Source: Octopus sinensis (lineage: Eukaryota). From it: DNA of 17,245 nt. The DNA lies in assembly GCF_006345805.1 (NCBI RefSeq), contig NW_021824828.1:1-17245 (forward strand). The letters are read 5' to 3'. Shown in pieces: positions 10,299 to 17,245 of this stretch. The translations under genes and the position numbers were made by a program. Within the stretch, counting starts at the first letter, position 1. Every line of letters starts with the position of its first letter. The notes beneath the pieces were generated by a model. That model saw nothing but the letters and a program-made list of their open reading frames with translations, searched no databases and was not told the origin of the DNA.

Positions 10299-10630
10299 GG
10301 CCTCCACGCCAGATACCAAATGTTCTACAAGAGTGCAACAAGCCGGGTCAACGATGAGGCTGCCCTACAGTAGAAGCTCACTTGCTAGTTGACGCGCAAC
10401 CGGTGTCTGATAATCTTCAAGCCATTGGTCTAAATTTCCTCCGCCTTGTCGGTTATCCAACGTCCTGCTACCGACGTCTTTCTCATATTCCTGAAACGGG
10501 AAGCTAAGGACTTACTTGCACTTGCCTTGCCAATGATGCCACCCCAGTCTACGGACTTACTCTCCTTTTTACGCCCCGTCACTGATGCGGGTGACGCACC
10601 GTACCATAGCCTATAGTAGAAAGGATTATT
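9897..10630 (+). mobile_element. Family C tRNA-derived SINE (9897-10107, tail remnant to 10630) interrupted near its 3' end
   Basis: Head AAGGCGGCGTGATGGCAAAGTCGTTAGC, B box GAGTTCAAACTCC, core TTGCCTTTCATTCTCTCGGGGATCGATGAAATAAGCACCAG similar to 14142-14364. The sequence resumes AAAGGATTATT after the duplicated GCCTATAGTAG. Confidence 0.8.
10108..10608. mobile_element. Unclassified 501-bp GC/CpG-rich insertion with 11-bp TSD and internal (CT)n
   Basis: Perfect direct repeat GCCTATAGTAG at 10097-10107 and 10609-10619. No TIR or ORF seen. Confidence 0.8.
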
Positions 10631-10867
10631 GGTAATATTTATTGTCTAGCAGACTTAATCTCATTCAGCTTCCTAGTCTACGGTACTCGGTCTCTCAACC
10701 GTAATAATACAGTTGCATTATATGCAGAGCAATTTTTGGATATATTTAAAAATACTAAAACATGCGTCTTCTACGCTCACGAATAACTCGTCTTCGTGTG
10801 GGACAGAAAGGAAGCGGTTGACTTTTTTTCTAACTGATAGATTCAAATAGTGACATACCGATATACC

Positions 10868-11093
10868 AAATTCTTTACTACCCACAAGGGGCTAAACACA
10901 GAGAGGAGAAACAAGGACAGACAAACGGATTAAGTCGATTATATCGACCCCAGTGCGTAACTGGTACTTATTTAATCGAACTCGAAAGGATGAAAGGCAA
11001 AGTTGACCTCGGCGGAATTTGAACTCAGAACGTAGCAGCAGACGGAATACCGCTAAGCATTTCGCCCGGCGTGCTATCGATTCTGCCAGCTCC
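10868..11093 (-). mobile_element. Family C tRNA-derived SINE
   Basis: Reverse complement closely matches 14142-14364. TSD CCGATATACC at 10858-10867 and 11094-11103, within a (GACATACC)n minisatellite. Confidence 0.9.
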
Positions 11094-11366
11094 CCGATAT
11101 ACCGACATACCGACATACCGCTTACTTGACACGTAGGAGAATCTAATAAAGAGAAGTTCAGTGTTGATAGTAATGGGGTCCTCATGACTATACTCCAGAG
11201 TTGTTTTCTTAGTGTCAGAGCCGAGTTATTATTATTAAAGTTATATACAGTTTTAAGACTGTTAAGCTGAAATCTACAGAAATACAATGTGGAGGGACTC
11301 TGCTCATTGACAATATGATGACAACTCCAGATAGAAGTGTAACGTGGTAGTAATTATTTGACTATG

Positions 11367-11407
11367 TTCCGCTGATGAAAACTAAGAAGATCGAAAAATA
11401 TCTGGAG
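11367..11407 (+). ncRNA. Minimal type I hammerhead ribozyme-like motif (Penelope-type)
   Basis: Stem I TTCCG (11367-11371) pairs with TGGAG (11403-11407) using two G-U pairs. CTGATGA at 11372-11378, weak stem II at 11379-11392, GAAA at 11393-11396, 4-nt stem III insert AATA, AUC cleavage triplet ending at 11402. Confidence 0.6.
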
Positions 11408-11803
11408 TTATCACCATACTACCAAAGGTCAGACCCACTCCCCGAATTTTTTTTTTTTTTTTAATTTGAAGTACTTCTAATTTCTTGGCCCATAAAATTT
11501 TAAACGTTAGCGGTGAATTTATCGCAAATTTTATTGAAAAATATTATGTATGAATCTATATGTGAGTGGGACCCAAACGAAGGTTTTTCTTTAAAGTATT
11601 TGCATTGTACCTAGTTTAAATATTTACATTCTAAGAAAAATCAGATTTATAAGACCCCAGCGTCTCCCAAAGCGCCCCCTTGACACCTGCTTCCCTTTTG
11701 TGAACTCACAAAATCTCTAATGGGACCCTACTATTCACGTTAAGAACTATTAGTCTCGATTGACCGGATGAAAGGCTCCGATTCAACATGGGTTTATTCA
11801 TAA

Positions 11804-12956
11804 CTAGCAGTATCGCCCGGCGTTGCTCGGGTTTGTAAGGGAAATAACTATATAAGCATTTTTAGAGAGTTATAGCCGAAAAATAGCAAAAAAAATGCAT
11901 TAAAAATTGAAAAAAAATTAAGGTAAATTTTTCTTTAAATCGTTGACACATCGTAGATATTTTTAGAGAGTTACTTCCCTTATATAAAAGCGAAAAAATG
12001 CATTAAAATGGAAAAATATGATCGTAATTTTTTTTTAAATCGTAGACTCATCGTAGACGCGCGCTAATACCCTGAAGGGCTCGTTTGTTATTCTGGGTAA
12101 CTTTCTGTAAAATTATTAAAATTTTGTTCAAACATCGCTATAGAAAATGGGTTATTAGCTAATATTCAATTGGGTATACAACAAAATTTTACGATAGAAT
12201 TTGTTATTCTGGGTAACTTTCTGTAAAATTATTAAAATTTTGTTCAAACATCGCTATAGAAAATGGGTTATTAGCTAATATTCATTGGGTATACAACAAA
12301 ATTTTACGATAGAATTTGTTATTCTGGGTAACTTTCTGATACCCATAATAATATTTATGGCAAAATAGGCCTTAATTTCATTTAAGGTTGTGGGAATAAC
12401 AAACTATCGTTCTTTCGTTTTGTTTACGTTTAGCGTAACAGTTCGTTTCTGCCGTAATGATTTCAAATGGGCTCATTCGAAAAAGTAAATAGAAATAGTG
12501 TAAGGCTTTACTCTTCTGGGAAAGTCTGTGGCTTGGTGCAGTTTCTTCAGAAAAATCACCGAAAGAAACAGTTTTTTAATTTTCACTCCATTCAGGTGCT
12601 AATTCGTGTTCTTAATCGCTGTCGGATTCACTGTTTTCACTTTAATAGCTGCCAACTTGCAAAGACAAGGAGGAGAAGGGTGATAGCGTCAGTGAAACAA
12701 TTCGCTCCCTTTGTGGTGTGTGCGTTTGCGTGTGGTGTAAACCAGACTAAGAAAAGCATTTGACACACACACCAGAATGTGAGTTTTCTGTAAATTTTGC
12801 TTAATTGGAGTTTAAATTTTAAAAACTGGACCTGGCATGACGCGATGCATTGTACTCTTAAAACTGCTAGGTAAATTGTAATTGAAGAATCCTATATTGT
12901 AGATTTGTATAACTCCCAAAGGGAGGCAGATAAAATCTGCCTTTTATAATAAGAGA
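11804..12956 (-). mobile_element. Non-autonomous Helitron, 1153 bp
   Basis: Minus strand starts TC (TCTCTTATTATAAAAGG) and ends CTAG. GC-rich hairpin CCCGAGCAACGCCGGG at 11816-11831 lies 11 nt from the 3' end. Inserted between A (11803) and T (12957) without a TSD. Internal tandem repeats. Confidence 0.85.
12084..12338. repeat. 116/115-bp tandem repeat (2.2 units) inside the Helitron
   Basis: Units start TTTGTTATTCTGGGTAACTTTCTG at 12084, 12200 and 12315. Confidence 0.92.
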
Positions 12957-13244
12957 TAGCAAAGATAATCAAAAGCAGTAAAAGGTAAGAACGAGGCATT
13001 AGATTTGCTTAATCTAACTTTTTTGAAATTGCAAAGCTCAGGTGTTCATAAAACTGGTGTTGAAATATAGATTCTGTAATATTAAGAAAGTCATACATTT
13101 TATCTCTTGGAGTCGATGATAGGTTTTCTGGGGCTTTTTATGTATTTCTGTACAAAATAAACAAACTAGGATTAGTGGAAATATGTAATTAATCTTAAAC
13201 TGATCAGCAGTTGATTATTATCTCTAACTACATTCAAATATCAT

Positions 13245-13441
13245 GGAGGGGCAAAGCTTAGTGGTTAAGATGTTGGACCAATAATCGTAAATATGTGATT
13301 CAATTCCTGGACCGGGCGATGGTTGTGTTCTTGAGCAAAACACTTCATTTGACGTTGCTCCAGTCCACCCAGCTGCTAAAAATGAATTTTCTTCCGAAGG
13401 ATCGGCATCCCATCCAGGGAAACCAGGAAACCGGCCCTATG
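13245..13441 (+). mobile_element. Diverged tRNA-derived SINE (family D)
   Basis: Head GGAGGGGCAAAGCTTAGTGGTTAAG...GATTCAATTCCTGGACCGGGCG, then TTGTGTTCTTGAGCAAAACACTT and GTTGCTCCAGTCCACCCAGCTG. Related inverted fragment at ~16612-16744. Confidence 0.7.
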
Positions 13442-13479
13442 CTCTTAAAGAAGTAACGCGGACAAACCACATTCTAATA

Positions 13480-13845
13480 TCGTTGTCATCAAGTCAAGGC
13501 CCATGGGATTAACTTGGGCTTACGAGATGACACACCTCTACACATCTCGGTCCAGAACTTGAAAGCTTAGGTCATCAGTACTGGCCTAGGTGATATACTT
13601 TCTCAGCACGTCTACATTTGTTACCTTCCAAGAACCACGCGTGAAATGATGAAGTCAGGAGATTGCATGGTGTGACCGACGAACTTCGATTCACATCGAA
13701 TTTTTGTGGTCACCAACAGTACAACAGCGGAGATGTCAACACTGTTGATATTCTCTAACCTGTTAGCCGTCCTGAGCCTTACGGAGCATTTTGGCTCAAC
13801 AACTGTCCAGCAATTTCACCTGTGCAGTGTTTGTTATCCATTGAC
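13480..13845 (-). mobile_element. Decayed 3' end of an RTE-like LINE ORF
   Basis: Manual minus-strand translation gives QWITNTAQVKLLDSC*AKMLRKAQ ... SKFVGHTMQ ... QVLDRDV*R. These resemble the W-T..LDGCYTRMLR, FAGH and DR..WR motifs C-terminal to RTE-clade RT. Stops and frameshifts are present. Confidence 0.6.
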
Positions 13846-14141
13846 GGAAACTAAAGAGGCGGATGCACTTTTTTAAGAGCTTGTGAATATATTTCCTAAG
13901 GAAGGGATCTTAATATATACATGATGTAGCCGTGTTATTCGTTTACAGAGTAGTAAGCTATCACATAACAAGAAAATATTTAAAGTGTTTCCTTTTCCTG
14001 TCTGGAATAGCCGTGTTACTGGATAAGGACATTAACTTACTTCTCAACAATTTATGAGTTAATAAACGCTTCAAATAATTTTGCTAGCTAAAGAATGACA
14101 TTTCCTACAACATATTTCAGTTAATACCGTTCTTGTTGTAA

Positions 14142-14688
14142 GCTGGCACAAACGTTAGCACGCCGGGCGAAATGCGTAGCCGTATTTCGTCTGTCGTTAC
14201 GTTCTGAGTTCAAATTCCGCCGAGGTTGACTTTGCCTTTCATCCTTTCGGGGTCGATGAATTAAGTACCAGTTACGCACTGGGTCGATATAATCGACTTA
14301 ATCCGTTTGTCTGTCCTTGTTTGTCTCCTCTGTATTTAGCCCCTTGTGGGTAGTAAAGAAATAGGTATTTCGTTTGCCGCTACGTTCTGAGTTCAATTTC
14401 CGCCGAGGTCGACGTTGCCTTTCATCCTTTCGGGGTCGTTTAAATAAGTACCAGTTACGCACTGGGTCGATATAATCGACTTAATCCGTTTGTCTGTCCT
14501 TGTTTGTCTCCTCTGTATTTCGCCTCTTGTGGGTAGTAAAGAAATAGGTATTTCGTTTGCCGCTACGTTCTGAGCTCAATTTCCGCCGAGGTCGACGTTG
14601 CCTTTCATCCTTTCGGGGTGGATTAGTTACGCACTGGGGTCGATATAATCGACTTAATCCGTTTGTTTGTCCTTGTTTGTTCCCTCTG
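14142..14688 (+). mobile_element. Family C SINE as a head-to-tail trimer, 183-bp period
   Basis: Unit start GTATTTCG at 14182, 14365 and 14548. Only the first unit has the A-box head. The third unit is internally deleted and truncated. Confidence 0.9.
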
Positions 14689-14785
14689 GTGGTGGTCGAT
14701 TTGGTAGTGGTGGTTATTAGGAAGAAAGTAGAATGTTCTCATCAGACCAAAAAACTTAGCCCAGATGCTTATAACAACAGAACGG

Positions 14786-15129
14786 GTATGAGACATTTTG
14801 GCACAGGCATTTTGGCGCCGCTTATTGGCGTCGTTGATTCGATACTAATTTTTTTGTTATCAAATACGTCAATATCAAATTTGACAAGAAATGTTCTTTA
14901 TGTTTCTCTCGTTTTAGTATTTCTCTCGTTCTCTCCCTACTTCCCTCCTTTCCTCTGTTTCTCTCCCTCATTCTCTCTCTCGGTCTCTCTCTCGGTTTCT
15001 CTCTCCTTCTCTCTTTCTCTCCGATTATGTATGTCAACATATTGCTGTTTATATGTATGAGGCGAGGGAAAGTATTTATGTCGGTTGAGTTCAATTAATA
15101 TATTGTAATGTGTCTCTCTTTCCACCACC

Positions 15130-15185
<56 letters not shown>

Positions 15186-15328
15186 ATCTGCATGTGCATA
15201 TATCAACACATACTATGTTTTTTGCCTCCAGCGCCAAAAATGTACCGTCGCCGAAAATTAACCGACTGTCCACACACAGCAGTGCCAAATAATCAGCGGC
15301 TTGACAGCTGCGCCAAATCGTCTCATTC
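14786..15328. mobile_element. Non-autonomous TIR DNA transposon (MITE/foldback-like)
   Basis: TIRs GTATGAGACATTTTGGCACAG / CTGCGCCAAATCGTCTCATTC match at 17 of 21 positions. Reiterated subterminal TTGGCRY on the left and RYGCCAA on the right. AGAACGG occurs on both flanks (possible degraded TSD). Internal (CT)n. Confidence 0.65.
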
Positions 15329-15744
15329 TATAGAAGAACGGGCTCCGCTAAAACATCCGTCGACAAGTGATGATGTTAAACCACGCAACAGATTAACTCA
15401 ACCACCCACAAAAAAAAACAAAAAAATTAAACTGAATCGTCCTTGACAGCAACAAGTGAGAAAACGTAATTCACCAATTTACCTCGTAGTATTTCAGACA
15501 CGAGAAACTGCCAAGTTAACATGCGCAAACAGGATTAAGCGGATTATGTTTTATCATATTTCTCGTAAGATAATCACACATCCGAGTTGTTGGGTTTGAT
15601 GGCTTTGAAGACTGGGTACGATTATTACAGTACGGTTTTTTTGTAATATGAACTGTTAATGAGAAGCTAATGTCTGATATCAGTTTGTGTGAGGTTTTTT
15701 TTTTATTAATCTTAATTATTAATTTTATTTTATTTGTAATTTAT

Positions 15745-15758
15745 ATATGTGTGAGTAT

Positions 15759-15789
<31 letters not shown>

Positions 15790-15850
15790 CATATACATAC
15801 ATACATATATATGTATATATACATACATACATACATACATACATACATAA

Positions 15851-15887
<37 letters not shown>
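15745..15887. repeat. (TACA)n/(TA)n microsatellite
   Basis: Directly visible. Confidence 0.95.
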
Positions 15888-15888
<1 letters not shown>

Positions 15889-15949
15889 TGCAGTTCTTGA
15901 ATATTTCGGTTATCTTCGTGAAGCATTAAAGATTAAACAAATAAACAAC

Positions 15950-15972
15950 ACTACTACTACTACTACTACTAC

Positions 15973-16029
<57 letters not shown>
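15950..16029. repeat. (CTA)n(ATA)n compound microsatellite
   Basis: Directly visible. Confidence 0.95.
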
Positions 16030-16031
<2 letters not shown>

Positions 16032-16099
16032 TACTGGTGCATTCCGCATGGAAAGTTTTTAAAAAGTGTTAGAAATAAAAATTAGTAAAACATATAGTA

Positions 16100-16541
16100 T
16101 TTTTTTACTTGTTTCAGTCATTTGAGAGCGGCCATGCTGGTACACTGCATTTGGTTGAACAAATGGACCTCAGGACTTATTCTTTGTAAACCTAGTACTT
16201 ATTCTATCGGTCTCTTTTGCCGAGCCGCTAAGTTATGAGGACGTAAACACACTAACATCGGTTGTCAAGCGATGGTGTGCGCACAAACACATACATACAT
16301 ACATATATATACATACATACATACATACATACATACATACAACATACATACATACATACAACATACATACATACATACATACATGCATGCATGCGTGCAT
16401 ACGACGGGCTTATTTCAATTTCCGTCTGCCAAATCAACTCTCAAGGCTTTGGTCGGCCCGAAGCTACAGTAAAAGACACTTGCCCAAGGTGCCATGCAGT
16501 GGAACTAAACCCGGAGCCATGTGGTTGGGAAGCCTGCGCCT
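16100..16541 (-). mobile_element. OK-like SINE with internal (TACA)n and a ~24-bp deletion in the head
   Basis: Aligns to 8330-9038. GGGAAGC is joined directly to CTGCGCCT, removing the A-box region. Confidence 0.88.
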
Positions 16542-16611
16542 GAAGCCATTCCTATCTATATGTTTATATAAACGAAGTCGCGTGGCTTAATGGTCAGGGT
16601 CAGTCTGTCGC

Positions 16612-16744
16612 GTGGTTATTCAATATACAACTGAGTGAACTGGTACAACGTGAAATGAATTCAAGAATTTGACGTACTGCTCTGTCCAGGGATCGAAACC
16701 ATGATTTTGCAGTCGTAAGTACAACATCTTAACCACAAGGCTAC
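16612..16744 (-). mobile_element. Degraded family D SINE 5' part
   Basis: Minus strand GTAGCCTTGTGGTTAAGATGTTG...GGTTTCGATCCCTGGAC...TTCACGTTGTACCAGTTCACTCAGTTG resembles 13245-13380. Confidence 0.6.
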
Positions 16745-16757
16745 TTTCTTTACCTTT

Positions 16758-16883
16758 TGTAATATATACAACTAATGTTAGAATAATAGTAAGAATAAAT
16801 ATAGAGTGGTCATGAAAAAAAAGAAGTTGCTCTATGAATGGTGAGCTTGCGTATTGATCTCCTAATTGTCCTCGCTGGGTCAT
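16758..16883 (-). pseudogene. COX2: NUMT: N-terminal 42 codons of mitochondrial cytochrome c oxidase subunit II
   Basis: MTQRGQLGDQYASSPF(M)EQLLFFHDHS(M)FILTIILTLVVYIT matches the conserved COX2 N-terminus (W.QLG.QD..SP.ME.L.FFHDH). W>R and D>Y changes at conserved sites indicate decay. Truncated. Confidence 0.93.
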
Positions 16884-16894
16884 AATATATTAAA

Positions 16895-17011
16895 TTAAAT
16901 AAATAGGGTTCCTGTTTCTATTTCATTGTGAAAATCAAGTGGAAGGCCGTTATCTCATTCTAAAGATGCATTTAAGTGGTTTGATCAAATAACTGTTCGT
17001 TGAGAGATTAA
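16895..17011 (-). pseudogene. COX1: NUMT: C-terminal 38 codons plus stop of mitochondrial cytochrome c oxidase subunit I
   Basis: With the invertebrate mitochondrial code (two TGA = Trp) it reads LISQRTVIWSNHLNASLEWDNGLPLDFHNEMETGTLFI*, containing the COX1 C-terminal SQR...SLEW...P..H...E motif. It ends 11 nt upstream of the COX2 ATG. Confidence 0.9.
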
Positions 17012-17245
17012 TATAAAAAGTGCCAGTTCAAGGGGATGACGGAAATATACGAAATCGTACTGGAAGCCTTACGGTATTTGTTCCAGCTCTGGAACATACT
17101 TGTACAGACAAGGCAGATTGAAGGCTGAGTCTTTTAGCTCTATGTCCAATTGCATAGAGGGAACTCTGTTGTGATATTACTGGCAGTACCCGGTTCTATC
17201 TATTCATAAATGCACGGTGCGACAACTATGGAATTGTTCGCTCGA

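Noticed and set aside
11156-11757. Possible old hAT-type MITE (GGGTCC/GGACCC inverted motifs, GTTAAGAAC end) enclosing the hammerhead region
   Set aside because: The terminal similarity is too degraded and no TSD was found, so boundaries cannot be supported.
12084-12338. Regularly spaced repeats as a CRISPR-like array (also 14182-14688)
   Set aside because: Whole units are duplicated with no unique spacers, the context is eukaryotic, and there are no cas genes.
12467-12763. 98-aa ORF inside the Helitron
   Set aside because: No Rep/helicase or other recognisable motif; the length is compatible with chance.
16620-16883. 87-aa ORF as a functional nuclear COX2 gene
   Set aside because: Only 42 codons are COX2-derived, conserved residues are mutated, there is no targeting peptide, and the remainder reads into a SINE head.

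Overview
This window looks like repeat-dense, non-coding eukaryotic nuclear DNA, most likely from an octopus or related cephalopod. That assignment rests on a cephalopod-like cox1/cox2 insertion and on SINEs resembling the Octopus OK/OR families as I recall them; no database was searched. No intact protein-coding gene is supported, and nearly all listed ORFs are microsatellite or SINE translations. The window holds about 12 tRNA-derived SINE copies from several modular families (several with clear 7-11 bp TSDs, some nested or multimerised). It also holds a 1.15-kb non-autonomous Helitron, a decayed RTE-like LINE 3' fragment, MITE-like elements, a 501-bp unclassified insertion with an 11-bp TSD, and a ~255-bp NUMT spanning the cox1-cox2 junction. 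The most unusual signal is a set of 3-5 minimal or degenerate type I hammerhead-ribozyme-like motifs. Several have an upstream inverted copy of the sequence at or just after the predicted cleavage site, and two lie in short elements embedded in (TA)n. This suggests Penelope-like or retrozyme-type non-autonomous retroelements.
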